NCBI GenBank assembly: GCA_965113315.1
Contig: OZ220372.1
Source of the DNA: Podarcis vaucheri
Lineage: Eukaryota
DNA length: 64,000 nucleotides
Reading direction: 5' to 3' (one strand)
A program made the position numbers and the translations under genes. A model generated the notes under the pieces. That model was not told the origin of the DNA, ran no database searches, and was given only the letters and a program-made list of their open reading frames with translations. Shown here in pieces: positions 23,953 to 36,979 of this stretch; the first letter of the stretch is position 1; each line of letters starts with the position of its first letter.

Positions 23953-24620
23953 GGAAATGTAAAGAAAAAGAAGGAACATTTTATCATATGTGGTGGGAAT
24001 GTAAGAAAGTAAAAAACAACTGGGAAATGATATATAACGAGATGAAAAAGATGTTGAAATATACATTTTTTAAAAAAACCAGAAGCATTTTTACGTGATA
24101 TTATAGGTGAAGATATTAATAGGCAAGAATGTTAAATTGTTTTTATATGCAACAACAGCGGCAAGAGTTTTGTTAGCCCAGAAATGGAAGCAGGAAGAAA
24201 TTCCAACAAAAGAAGAATGGCAGACAAAATTAATGGACAACGCAGAATTAGATAAAATGACAGGAAGGATTCGAAACCTGCGGGACCAGAGATTCACATA
24301 GGATTGGAAGAAATAAATGAACTATTTGAAGAGCAACTGTAATCAACAAATTACGCTAGTAGGACTACAAGAAGTTTTGTAAGGAGAAATATATGAAGTA
24401 TTGCAAAGTAGAGAAAGAATAGTGACATTAGTTTTGAGAGTTAAATGTAATAGTGGAAGTAAGAAATGTATACTAAGTGAATAGATTGGAAAATTTTCAG
24501 ATGCGATTGATGGAAGTCAAAAAAATGGTGTAAGAAATGAAAGTATGTTTAATTACTGTTGAAAATGATATGTTGAAAAAATAAAATTTATATTAAATAA
24601 ATAAAAAATAAATTAAAAAA
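23953..24620 (+). mobile_element. 5'-truncated L1 (ORF2 C-terminal zinc knuckle, 3' UTR, A tail)
   Basis: WKCKEKEGTFYHMWWECKK; A-rich tail; 19-bp TSD GAGAATCTGTCTAGAATTT at 23934-23952 and 24621-24639. Confidence 0.92.
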
Positions 24621-25349
24621 GAGAATCTGTCTAGAATTTCAACACCTTCTGAGGTTTATGCCAACACTTGTTTAAGACAACCTCTACAGCTGCATTCTGC
24701 CCCCTTCTTTTCAGTATTCTCATTCCCTTGTCTTTTGTCGTCATAAGACAGCATCCAAATACCAGTGCACATTTGACCTTCTTCCCCAACACCTAGTGGA
24801 TGGGGCATCAGGACAAGCGTCAGTCATCACTTCCATTTCCTTCATAGTTGTACACATTTTTATGCCATTAAGTGTCATCAGTCCAAATTTGTCATGTTGT
24901 TGTCGCCATTAAAATAATGACCCAAAACTTATTTTCAAGCGCAACCAGCTGCTTAGCCGACATTTTCCATTCCTGCCCTCTAGGTGTACACAGCAATAAG
25001 TCACGAGCCTTCAAAAGCGTTTGGCTGCCCTCTGCTATATAAAAGGAGGTCAAAGTTTAAGAGTTACTTTGCCATCAAACAGGGCTGCACCATTAAAAAT
25101 AATAAAATTAAAGTAGGTGCGTGCAGCACATGTTTTTCATAGGAGGCATGTTGGTCTAAGCACTCGGGAACATAAAGGAGACCTCTTCCTCGTTGTCAGC
25201 GCTGACAAATTACAGCTAGGTTTTGTTCAGTAAAAGTAACTGTCCATAGTGAACATACCACATTTATTTACTTAATGGATTTTAAAACTGCCTTTCAGGA
25301 TAAATTAAGTTCCAAAGGTGGTTTGCAAATTATAGAGCACAGCAATGAC

Positions 25350-25640
25350 AAAGAAGAAGAAGAAGAAGAAGAAGAAGAAGAAGAAGAAGAAGAGGAGGAG
25401 GAGGAGTTTGGATTTGATATCCTGCCTTTCACTCCCTTTAAGGAGTCTTGAATCAGCTAACCATCTCCTTTTCCTTCCTCCCCCACAACAAACACTCTGT
25501 GAGGTGAGTGAGGCTGAGAGACTTCAGAGAAGTGTGACTAGCCAAAGGTCACCCAGCAGCTGTATGTGGAGGAGCGGGGAAGCGAACCCGGTTCACTGGA
25601 TTACGAGTCCACCGCTCTTAACCACTACACCACGCTGGCT
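25350..25640 (-). mobile_element. Squam3-type tRNA SINE with expanded (CTT)n tail
   Basis: Same family as 5006-5254; (GAA)n(GAG)n on plus at 25350-25405. Confidence 0.85.
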
Positions 25641-26643
25641 CACACATATTGCCACTTTTTGTTGTTGTTACTAAGAATCGTGGTTCAGCCGGCATTCTGC
25701 ACATGCCCCAGAACTACTTGACTCTTTCAGCTTCACTCTGTGCAAATGAGTGCAAGACTACTGTCAACATAACGGAAGAACCAAGCATTGCAACTGAAGC
25801 AGGCAATTTTCACATCATCTGTTTTGCTGCCTGTGGCCAAGAGCAGTTAAAAAGAATAGCTGCCCAACAGTTGCATGGATGAGATCCAGTTTAATTCTCT
25901 TTCGCACATTAACCATACCTTGTAGCTTATAGAACTGGGCTACTCACATGGGCAACTCAAGCTGGGGGAAAGAGCCATCTCTTAAGGAGGAACATCTGCT
26001 TTGCATCTAGAAGGTTCCATATTCAATCCTCAGTCTCTCCAGGTAGGGCTAGGAGAAAATCCTGCCTGAATCCTGAAGAGTCAGTGCAGAGGCAATATAT
26101 AAGACCTAGATAAGACCAGGATAAGGCAGCTTCCTATGTTCCTATTGATTTCAGCCATCGTACCCACAGGGAAATTGCATGGCATTCACAGCAGCAAAAT
26201 GTACCTTTCAGATTATGAGCTAAGAGATCTGAGCTCTACACTTGCAAACCGGATTAGATGGTTCTTATAGCTTAGCTACACAACACCACACAGGAAACCC
26301 GTGGCAGTTGTGGTCTAAAACATCTGGAGGGCACACGGTTGTTTGGGTAAGAGATTGACCTCTCTTCCCTTTCCCAGCTTTGCAGCGCTGATCAATTTCA
26401 TGGTCTCCTACAGCTGCTTGACATATTTTTTATGCCCCAAGGGTTCTGAACATGGATTATGGGTCTGGCCTTCAACGCAATCACCCCAAGCATAACATGC
26501 AAGGTGGCACCTAGATTTCAAGTAGTCTGTGGCTGACGTCAGTGTTCAATATGAGCTGTAGAGGCATGTCGAGATCACTTTCGTTTAACGTTAAAGCATC
26601 TCTAACCTTACTGTGCTCTTAACTGAGCTAACACAGAGACCCT

Positions 26644-26775
26644 NNNNNNNNNNNNNNNNNNNNNNNNNNNNNNNNNNNNNNNNNNNNNNNNNNNNNNNNN
26701 NNNNNNNNNNNNNNNNNNNNNNNNNNNNNNNNNNNNNNNNNNNNNNNNNNNNNNNNNNNNNNNNNNNNNNNNNNN
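26644..26775. other. Assembly gap (132 N)
   Basis: Run of N next to a SINE tail. Confidence 1.
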
Positions 26776-27133
26776 AAGGTAAAGGTACCCCTGCCCGAAC
26801 GGGCCAGTCTTGACAGACTCTGGGGTTTGTGCGCCCATCTCACATTTATTGGCCGGGGGCCAGCGCTGTCCGGGGACACTTCCGGGTCACGTGGCCAGCG
26901 TGACATCGCTGCTCTGGCGAGCCAGAGCCGCACACGGAACGCCGTTTACCTTCCCGCTGGTAAGCGGTACCTATTTATCTACTTGCACCCGGGGGTGCTT
27001 TCGAACTGCTAGGTGGGCAGGCGCTGGGACCGAACAGCGGGAGCGCACCCCGCCGCGGGGATTCGAACCGCCGACCTTTCGATCGGCAAGCCCTAGGCGT
27101 TGAGGCTTTAGCCCACAGCGCCACCCGCGTCCC
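26776..27133 (-). mobile_element. Sauria SINE, full length, followed by a (TACA)n microsatellite
   Basis: Reverse complement near-identical to 4289-4652. Confidence 0.95.
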
Positions 27134-28510
27134 ACATACATACATACATACACATATATATACACATACATATAGAGAGAATGTGTGTGATTTTGGGGTA
27201 TTCTCTCCCCTTGGGAAGGCTGAATGTTCTCAATGCAACAGGTTTCTTGACAGCATCCATATTGCAATGTTTTGAATTAGAACAAAAGAATATTTAATGC
27301 AACCTTTCCAACTGCCTTCGCTAATACATCAGCTCTTACTTATCACTTATAAAGAGCAGCTTCCGGCTAATATGAGTGGAAACTGGAAGTCAGGTGGAAA
27401 GGACCAGTGGCAAAGTTCTGGGGCAGGGACTGGGGAATCTGCAGCCCTCCAAATGTTACTGGATGTTGCTCACCCCTGACCACTGACCTTGGTCAATGCC
27501 AATATGGTGCAGTGGTGAGAAGCCAGGGTTCAAATCCCTGCCCACCTGGTGACCTTGGGCCAGTCACTGTCTCTCAGACTCGCCTACCTCACAGGGTCAC
27601 TGTGAGGATAAAATGGGGTGAGGGAGGGCCATGCCTGCCATCTTCAACTTTTTGGAGGAAAAGAGGGATAGTCATGTAAATAAACTGGCCATGCTTGCTG
27701 GGAACTGGAGTCCAGCACCTTCTGGAAGGTTGGAGGGAATCCCTCTTCTATGGCACAGAACAACCTATTGGACTGACGGGTCTTCCATGCCACAACCACA
27801 TGCCTATTATCCTCCGGGCCAGATCTGTATGTGAACAGCATGGTAGCCTGCCTGTTTTGAGTCAGCTCTGTTGTTTTCCTATAGGCAGTTTTGTTGGGGT
27901 GCCCCCTGGCCTTTCCTGCTTTCTGCTTGCCATACCCTGTAATCTAGATGAGCATCACAGGTCACACTCCTCCCTTAGGGAGGCTAAGATGTTAGGAATG
28001 TGTGGGTAGATAGCCTCTTGCACATCTGTGCCAGATCTAGGTGATTTTTAGTACTAAAGCTACAGTCCTGCTCTAGCACTAAAAGGGAAATTCAGGGGCT
28101 GACTCTTGGTGTTTAGCATCTCCACCTTTCAGGGCAACTTCCCCCAAAGAATCTGGGAACTGTAGTTTCCCCCTTAAAGAGCTACAATTCCCAGCACTCT
28201 TTTCGGGCAGCTGGTCGTGTGCTTTAAATGTGTGTTGGGGGTTCTTGTGCATTGTGTGGATCTGTCCTCGTAGCTGGACAAAACTTGGGTCTTCTATCAA
28301 ATGCAGATTTCCTGCAATAAATGTACGTAGCTATACTCAAGAGTCCCCGTGTGTTTGTATTCAGGGTAATATAATGTGCTCCCCCAGCAGGGATTGAGCG
28401 TTCAGTTCAGCTTCTGCCAGTGTTTTAACACCAACAGACTCTCTAGGAGCAGAAGACGCCCACACCAACTTTCCTGTTGTGACCGAATGGATAGATATTT
28501 ATCCAGTTAT

Positions 28511-28678
28511 CAGTGGCGTAGCGTGGGGGGTGCAGGGGAGGGCGGCCGCACCGGGCGCAACATTTGGGGGTTAGGGTTAGGGGGCGCAAATCCACGGGTT
28601 AGGGGCGCAAATCCACGGGTTAGGGGGCACAAATTACTTGCCTTGCCCCGGGTGCTGAAAACCCACGCTGCGCCACTG
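28511..28678. mobile_element. hAT MITE with internal telomere-like repeats
   Basis: TIRs CAGTGGCGTAGCGTGGG / CCCACGCTGCGCCACTG, perfect 8-bp TSD CCAGTTAT. Confidence 0.92.
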
Positions 28679-31400
28679 CCAGTTATTGTCCCACACATCC
28701 AGTAGGCAGGTGGATGAGAGGTGAAGTCAGCCCAGAGAGTGAGGTCCTATGTACAACAGATGCCTCTGTAAAGCCCCATGAAAACAGCTGATCTTCCAGG
28801 TTCCTTCCATCCCCAGTAGTTTATATACTGTTTATCCTTTCCCCACCTGCAGTGCCTGCAGTATTGTGGATTTTCTGGACAATGTTCTGGGGGGGGGGGG
28901 TGTCCTATGCAGATTAGCATAGTTTGCATAGCATTTTTTCCAGCTTACATTAGAAAATTGACTGATGCCTTGGAGAGTGATCTAATTCCGCATGTCTTGT
29001 TTTACTCATATTTAGTAAACAAAGTTAAGCGCTTTGAAATTGTAAAGCTTGCCTAATCCTCTGTTTGCAGTTGGCATCCGCTCATTGTTACTAATGAACT
29101 TATGAAACAGATTCACCCCCCCCCCCAAAAAAAATTAACAACCTGGGAAATTTCCCGCCCCACATCCCTGCCCATTTGTTCATTAAACTGTCATGTCATG
29201 TCTCATGAAGCCTCACAGCCCACAAACCACTAATTGCAGAGTTGCCTCTATTGCAAGGCTAGGGAACCTGCGGCTGTTCAGGTAGTTTTGGACTAGAACT
29301 CCCATCATTCTTGACCATTGGCTATGCTGGCTGAGGATGATAGGAATTGTAGTCCAATAGTATCCACAGGGTCAGAGGTTCCCAGTTCCTGCTCTGTTGT
29401 AATGCTGTGTGGGAATCCTGTTGTTTTATGGTAAATATTCCTGATGCAAATCGAACTAAAGATCTTATAGATATATTGACAGATGAATTTTCCTCCACAG
29501 GCTTTTAACCCCAAACCAGAAGATTGGGTTTGTGACAATACAGTGTAATGCTTTAAGCATTTTCTACCACCATGATGTACTCCAGGTGTGTTGAACTACA
29601 ATTCCCATCAGCCCCAGCCAACATGGCCTTCTTGGTTGTGGCACCGACATCTGGAACTCCCTCCCATGTGCTGCTTGTGAGGCGGAAGCAAATTGTGGCA
29701 AATTGTAAAAGCCTCCTGAAGATCCATCTATCTGGCCAATCTTCCAGTGGTTTGTAACCTTCATCTCATCTTTGTGTTTTGTTCTTTCTTTGAGTTTTTA
29801 CTGAATGTTTTATTGACAGTTTCCCTATTTTTAATTGATAGATTTCTTCATATTCTTGTTTGTAATGTGATATAGATTTTTCCTTTTCTCCCATTAATGA
29901 TCTTAACTATCTTTTATGTGACCCGCCTAGGGAATTTGCATACTAAACAGGGTATATAAATATTATGCACGAATAAATAATATATATCCCAGTCCCACAA
30001 AAAGCTTTCAATGGAAAGCACGAGAAAGAGAGAAAATAAAGTCAAAAGATAGTGAAGAGATCCTTTTGATATATATTGCTGCTCTTAATATTTCCACATT
30101 TACTTTCACAGACTTCTGGATTCTTGTGCTACCCCATCAAAGCATTTCCTACCTATTTATAGAATGAAGGGATGGGTTAATTAGCACTTGCAAGGCACTT
30201 TGAAGGCTATAGCTGCAATCCTGAAGCCACTCTGCTTTGGTCTGTGCTTGCTTTGCAGAATATAATTCTCCATAAGGAATAGGTCTCAAAAGACCCAAAG
30301 CACCTATTTCCTTGAGTTCAATGGCACTGCAAACTTTGCAAATAGAGCAAACCTAGGAACCCTGGACTGCAGAGCGGTGAATGTTTTCATAGTTGCAGTT
30401 GACAGCTGGACTATACCAACTAAGTCAGGGATGGGGAAGCTCCCCCCCCAGATGTTGTTGGACTCCAAATTTCACCCGCACGGCCAGTGGTGAGAGGTGA
30501 GGGGAACCGTAGTCCAGCAACACCTGGAAGGCCACAGTTTCCCCACTCCTGAACTTCAGTTCTACTAACCCTAGTTTAGGCCTATAAACTTAGCATTACA
30601 TGCAAATGCAGCCATATCATAAAATTTCAGGTTTGGATGGAAGAGGGTGAATGGAATCTAGCCCAACATTGTCTAATCTGACTGGCAAAGGATGTCCGGC
30701 ATCTCAGGCCAAGTTTCGCCCCCGCCCACCTCCTGCTAGGCTGGTCCTTTTAACTGGAGATGGCAGCAACTGAACCTGGGTCCTTCTACATGCTAGCATG
30801 TGCTCTACCACTAAGCAATGTTCCATCTCCGTGCCTCTTCCACCTTGAAGCTCACTTGGTGAGACTGAGACACTCACTGCCTCTCAACCAGCCCCACACT
30901 ATCAAACCATGTATTTCACCTACATGTAATAAACACAAATCAACACCCTTTTTTGGTTTTTTGTTTTCACTGCCAAGTTTCCTGTGTTGCATGCTACTGG
31001 AAGTTTGCAAGTAAAGCTTTTTGTGCTATGGTGATTGAATGCTGGAGAACTCCACCTCTTGAATTCCAGCCTATCATGCCACTGAGAAACCTTAATGGGG
31101 TTTAGAGAGGCTGAGGTCAACACTCATCTCTGCCTTTAGTTCACAAATCCCTGGTGGAATCTAGACACATATAAAAAAAGATGTGAAAATGCTTTTTTAA
31201 AAAAAGTTTTGAAAAAATATATTGAATTTGCCATAGCTCACCATTGCCATCTAGTGTCACATTTGTATAATGAACTTTAAAGGTAAAGGGTAAAGTTGCT
31301 TTACCAAACAAACAAACAAACAAGCAGGCAGGTGCCCTTCTGGAGGAACTGGGTCTTATTCCTAAGTAAACTTATGTACGATTGCACTACAAATGCACTA

Positions 31401-31642
31401 CAGTGGTACCTCGGGTTACATACGCTTCAGGTTACATACGCTTCAAGTTACAGACTCCGCTAACCCAGAAATAGTACCTCGGATTAAGAACTTTGCTTCA
31501 GGATGAGAACAGAAATCATGTTCTGGCGGCGCTACGGCAGCAGGAGGCCCCATTAGCTAAAGTGGTGCTTCAGGTTAAGAACAATTTCAGGTTAAGAACG
31601 GACCTCCAGAACAAATTAAGTACATAACCAGAGGTACCACTG
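31401..31642. mobile_element. Tc1/mariner (Tigger-like) MITE
   Basis: TIR CAGTGGTACCTC, TA target duplications; second copy at 54118-54341. Confidence 0.92.
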
Positions 31643-31672
31643 TATTACCAACTTCATGCGCTCCAAATCCTA

Positions 31673-31949
31673 GAATAATAAAGTTGGAAGGGACCCTGAG
31701 GATTATCTGGTCCAACTCCCTGAAATGCTGGAATATGCAGCTGTCCCATACAGGGATTGAACCTGCAATCTTGGTGTTATCAGCACCACACTGTAATCAA
31801 CTGAGCTATCCAGGCAGGATAACATGGGCACCTGTCACAAAACAAATACCACGTGTAAAGGCAGAAAAAGAGACAGGACCGCAACATGATCAAACCTGCA
31901 ACCTTAGACTTATCAGCACCCTGCTCTAACCAAACTGAACTATCCAGGC
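31673..31949 (-). mobile_element. Composite tRNA(Ile) SINE: head + linker + head + CR1 tail
   Basis: Inverted copy of 13927-14140 plus an extra tRNA-like head at 31889-31949. Confidence 0.78.
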
Positions 31950-32479
31950 TCACAACACCCCTCAGCCCCAGCCAGTACATGCTTACGGGGGCTGATGGGG
32001 TTTGTCCCCCAAAACATGTGGAAGGCACCGGTTTGGCAAATGCCTGTGGTCTGCAAAACAAGCCACAAACCTAAGTGAAGCACTGCTTTGATTTATCAGC
32101 CCCAAGACTTTCAATGGGCGACTTCTTTGGGCTCACTCTTTCTCTCCCTAACTTTGCCTCATGGGGTTGTTGCAGAAGGTAAAAAGGGGACGGGGAAGGA
32201 GGAAAATAACTTTTTATGTTACACCCAGTGCTTTAGGACAATATTTTTTTTAAAAAAAATAATAAGCTGATTAACAGCTTTTTAAAAAATCTCTTAAGTG
32301 GTGGACGATGTACAAAAAAATAAATATTACTGAAACAGAAATAAAGAGGTCAGGTTTAAAAAAATGAATGAAGTTGAATGCCAACAAAACACACCCACAC
32401 TAACCAATAAAATATTAGTAAAATGATAACCAATACAAAATCTAAATGGGAAAGGATGCTAAGTGAACCCGGAATATCC

Positions 32480-33040
32480 CTTCCGTCACTCCGAACTAAG
32501 AGCAAGAAGAAGTCTAGGCTTTACCCACCTGGGGCGGGCGGGGCTTTTGCCCTGGGGTCGCGGCTGGCGGTGCCCGCGGGCGCCTGGCGAACCACTTTGC
32601 CCTTCCTCACGGAGCTGCCCATGACGCCCCAGCACTCGCAGCGCCCCCTGCTGGCCGTTGGGCGCAAACGCCGCCGGGAACCCAGCTGGCGGGGCGCGTA
32701 TTGAGGTCTCTCTCTCGTTTCTCCCTTCGTGCGAGCAGCAGGAACGGAGCCTCCGAGGGAAGCGGGGCCGCTGCAGCCTTGCAGCCTTTCGGGAGTTTCG
32801 CGCTGCCAAGAAGGAGCTACCTCGCCTTCTCTGCCATCGTGCCGGTTGCGATGGCAATCGGATGCCAAACAAATGAATGAAATCCTGGACTAAGGAAGGG
32901 AAGGTGCGACCCCTGCTGGCCAAAGCGGCTCATGCTACTATTTCGACAAGGGGAATTTACTCCAGACTCTCGGTGTTTTGTCGGAGGGAATCAGCTGCAA
33001 ACCAGAACTTTAGGTTTCCTCATTTTGAATCGCAGAGCGC
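32480..33040 (-). promoter_or_regulatory. CpG island, distal TXNRD1 (Grx isoform) promoter
   Basis: CpG-rich with GGGGCGGGCGGGG and other GC boxes around the MGSS exon. Confidence 0.7.
32529..32622 (-). CDS. TXNRD1: Putative first coding exon of the long Grx-TXNRD1 isoform (MGSSVRKGKVVRQAPAGTASRDPRAKAPPAP)
   Basis: GGCGTC-ATG-G Kozak in a CpG island, CAG|GTGGGT donor, 94 nt ending in phase 1, compatible with the 20929 exon (G+AC = Asp). Confidence 0.7.
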
Positions 33041-33244
33041 ATTAAAAGAGGCTCTGTCACACCAGGACAACAAATTCCGTTAAGCAAACAACCCTTACGT
33101 CTTGTGGTTTGGGAAGTGATGAGGAAATACATTTAAAAAATGGGATCAACAAATGACTAAAAAGATGTGCAAACTTCCCACAAACAGATCAGGATGTTTT
33201 ATATCTGGTCTTCATTGAGCTTTGTTATTCTTTTTTCTTTATGG

Positions 33245-33610
33245 TGGTTAGTGGTCTAAACCACTGAGCCTCTTGGGCTTGCCGATCAGAAGGTTGACGG
33301 TTCAAATCAGCGTGACAGGGTGAGCTCTTGTCACTCTGTCCCAGCTTCTGCCAACCTAGTAGTTTGAAAGCACACCAGTGCAAGTAGATAAACAGGTACC
33401 ATGGCGGTGGGAAGGTAAACGGCGTTTCTGTGCGCTCTGGTTTCTGTCATGGTGTCCCATAAATGGTTTGGTCATGCTGTCCACATGACCCAGAAAGCTG
33501 TCTGCAGACAAATGCTGGCTCCCTCGGCCTGAAGTGGGATGAGTGCCGCAACCCCATAGTCGCCTTTGACTGGAATTAACTGTCCAGGGTTCCTTTATCT
33601 TTTACCTTTT
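33245..33610 (+). mobile_element. Older, diverged Sauria SINE
   Basis: GGTCTAAACCACTGAGCCTCTTGGGCTTGCCGATC head, GCAAGTAGATAAA core, degenerate ACCTTT tail. Confidence 0.88.
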
Positions 33611-34974
33611 TACAGCAACCAGCATCCATCTTGAAAGCCCAGTTCCAACATCATGCAGAATGGACCTCCTCTGAGGATGGCATCTGCAAGATGCCCTCGT
33701 TAGAGTTATGTGAGTGGAATTCCCTGATTTGGACCATGGGCACAGTATGAACCAATAAGCTCTCCATACCAAGAAAGAGTTCCAAAATTCCACTGCAAAC
33801 TGTCTTTAAACTTGTTACAAAATGTACAAATTGACACATTGCTCTTAAACAACCAGCAAAAACAACCAGCAATGCAGTCCAGTTTTCTTAAAGTTCTTAC
33901 TTGCTGATCTAGGCCAATAACTATTCTCTCTCTGGTCCAGAGAGAGAATCAGATAAGCTAGTTGTTTCTTCAATATGCTGGCAGCTTCTGAGACTCACCC
34001 ACTACTTCTGAGGATGAATAATCCATTAACAAAAACATTCACAACCCCTTGTTGCAGCTTTAACTGCAAAAGCACTTTTTGGTACTTGTTGCAGTTTTCT
34101 GCAAAACAGTCATTCTGAAAATGCAAACATCCAATAAGTTTCATACACAGTACATGCAAACAGCATTTTATGCACATTAAACACCTATCTTTTACAGCTC
34201 TGTCCTGCAGAGCATAAGGATCGGTTGCATATTGTTGTGGGGGAAATACCCACCCAGGGTTTGTTGCCGGCTGAGTCTATCTAATCTGCCACCATGACTG
34301 GCTTGATCAACCAAAACAAAATTTTATTTCTTACTCAAGTATGAAAGATACAGAGCTAGGAATCAGGAAAACTACTTAAAATGCTAGACTCTCATGGCAA
34401 ATTAAAGAACACTTTTGTACCACTTTACAAATGAGTCGAGGAATACTGCTGCAGGCAGGCAGATTAAAAAAAAAATTCTCACCAGTCCACAAACTGCCTT
34501 AGGCACTTTCTCAAAGCCAGGCAGATACAGACGCAAATCACTCTTCTTTGTTCCATGAACTGCTGTGGGCAGGATTCCTGCATTGCAAAGGGTAGGGATA
34601 GATGACCCTCGGGGTCCCTTCCAACAATTATTTGATTCTATCCCCTTTTCAATGTATTTTTGATCTTAATTATTTCATGTTGGTCTGGTCAGCAGCTAAT
34701 TAATCTTTGTTTATGTCTTAAGCATGCATTCTCTGCATGATCGCCTCAGAATGGAATCTCTCTGATTTTTGCTTACAACAGTATATGTTGTAATCAGGTG
34801 CATAAAGTGTTGGCTGGTATGTCTGTATTTACTTCATTTATGAATTGCTTCCAATGAAACAAATGGGGATAGAATAGGACAATCCAACTTTTAATACCAA
34901 GTGGGCCTTCAGAGTACTTCAACACAGAACCTACAGACCACACTGAATTAGATTTCCATAATGTAAAATAAGTA

Positions 34975-35233
34975 CCGCATTTTTCGCTCTATAAGACGCA
35001 CCAGACCATAAGACGCACCTAGTTTTTGGAGGAGGAAAACAAGAAAAAAAATATTCTGAATCTCAGAAGCCAGAACAGCAAGAGGGATCGCTGCGCAGTG
35101 AAAGCAGCAATCCCTTTTGCTGTTCTGGCTTCTGGAATAGCTGTGAAGCCTGCATTTGCTCCATAAGACGCACACACTTCTCCCCTTACTTTTTAGGAGG
35201 GGAAAAGTGAGTCTTATAGAGCAAAAAATACGG
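34975..35233. mobile_element. Tc1/mariner (pogo-like) MITE
   Basis: TIRs CCGCATTTTTCGCTCTATAAGAC / GTCTTATAGAGCAAAAAATACGG with TA flanks. Confidence 0.9.
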
Positions 35234-36478
35234 TATTCGCAATCTATTTAATATTATTTAATATACACAATTCATGTTTAATTAAATAAATATAATTAAA
35301 CACAGTTAGGTTATTTAATTATTAAACAAATTTAATACACAAACAGATGTATGCACATTCATTAACAATGCATGACAGATTTATTTATTTTTTTAAGGTT
35401 TTAAGATCTCCTTTCTGGAATGTTGCCAAGGGTCTCCAAAAAAGGCTTCCTGTGGGTTGCATGTGGGCCACAGGCCACAGGCTGTACCACCATGGTATAG
35501 AAGATTTTAAAAATCTCTAAACAATGAGATTGAAGAGGCAAGTGATTGCAAAACGTAGTCTGCAGCAATTCAATTACAGCTTAAACATGTGCAAAATAAG
35601 CACAGTAACTTCACAATAGCACTAATAATAAGTGATAACACAATCAACTGAATCCATCATCTCCATCTAAGCCCCACTCCACCCCACCCCACCCCAATCA
35701 AATGCTGAAGGGAGATAAGTATTTTGATGATTCTCCCTTCCTGCCCAAGGGCTCATAAGCCCTCCCAAGCACATTTTGGGACAAGAACATAAGAAGAGCC
35801 TGCCAGATCGGGCCAATGACCCATCTAATCCAGCACCCTGTTCTCGGTGGCCAACTGATTCCTGTGGGAGACCCACAAGCAGGATCTGACCGAGAAAAGC
35901 ACCCTTGCAGTTTCCAGCAGCTGGTATTCAGAAGCATTATGGACACAGACCATGGAGGCAGTATATAGCCATTGCGGCCAGTAGCATACCTAGGGGTTGG
36001 CAAGGCAAGGTTGGTCCCTCCACAAAAACTGTGCCTCTCCCCATCAATCCATCTCCTTGCCAAGGGCACAAGTGGGGTGGCAGCGCTACACCTCTGCTAG
36101 CATAGGAGCCAACTCCTAGGGCCCGAGGTCCCTTTGGCCCCACATTAAATAGTTGAGGGGACTGCCCCCCCCCAGGTTGATGGGCATTGCATTCAAAAAC
36201 TGTGTGTGCACCATGTCATGTGATTGATTATGCATGGCGGAAGGCCCGCCCCCCAATATTTCATTCAAGTTGGCACCTCTGTGCTACTAGCCATTGATAG
36301 TGTTATCTTCCATGAATTTGCCCAGTCAAAGCCCTCCAAAGCCGATAAGACATTCAAGGCAGCAGATCTCCCCATATCGTATCTTCTTTCTCCCCTCCAT
36401 TTCCTCAACCTTAAGGCTGCCACATGAAGACTCTCATTTTAAATACTCCTACTTTATGTTGGCTTCTATTTGTGGACA

Positions 36479-36908
36479 CAGGGCCGGATTTAGGTTTGAT
36501 GAGGCCCTAAGCTACTGAAGGTAATGGGGCCCTTTATAGGTCCAGCTGTCGTTTGTCAACAACAAATTTTCAATGTTTTTTTGTGTTGAATATTTGGTAT
36601 ATGGTAATTTATGGACCTAATAGGTATCTAAAGCCATTTGAACATGCTGCCATGCAACAAATCCATGCAGAATGTAGGCACCCTATATATAGAAATGAGC
36701 AAACCAGTGATATTTTAGGGAGCAGTCTAGCAGGCGATATCATAGGAGCCTAAACAACACCAAACACTGTTGCTGTATGTAGGTTTTGTTTTATTTGTTT
36801 TTTATCTTATATTTTGGAAATGTTGTTTTTCTTTAATTTTTTGGGGGCCCCCAAGAGAGTGGGGCCCTAAGCTATAGCTTGTTTAGCTTATATGTAAATC
36901 CGGCGCTG
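36479..36908. mobile_element. Non-autonomous hAT-like DNA transposon
   Basis: TIRs CAGGGCCGGATTTA / TAAATCCGGCGCTG, subterminal GGCCCTAAGCTA repeats; no clear TSD. Confidence 0.8.
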
Positions 36909-36979
36909 ATTTTACCCCTGAAAATGAGGACGTGTCCTGGTAAAAAAAAGAAAAGAAAAAAGAGGACACATGGTAATTC

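Noticed and set aside
25345-25674. Poly-Lys/Arg ORF of 109 aa
   Set aside because: Translation of the (GAA)n SINE tail and SINE body
32623-32868. Open frame extending about 80 codons upstream of MGSS
   Set aside because: Begins at TTG with no ATG; expected by chance in GC-rich DNA
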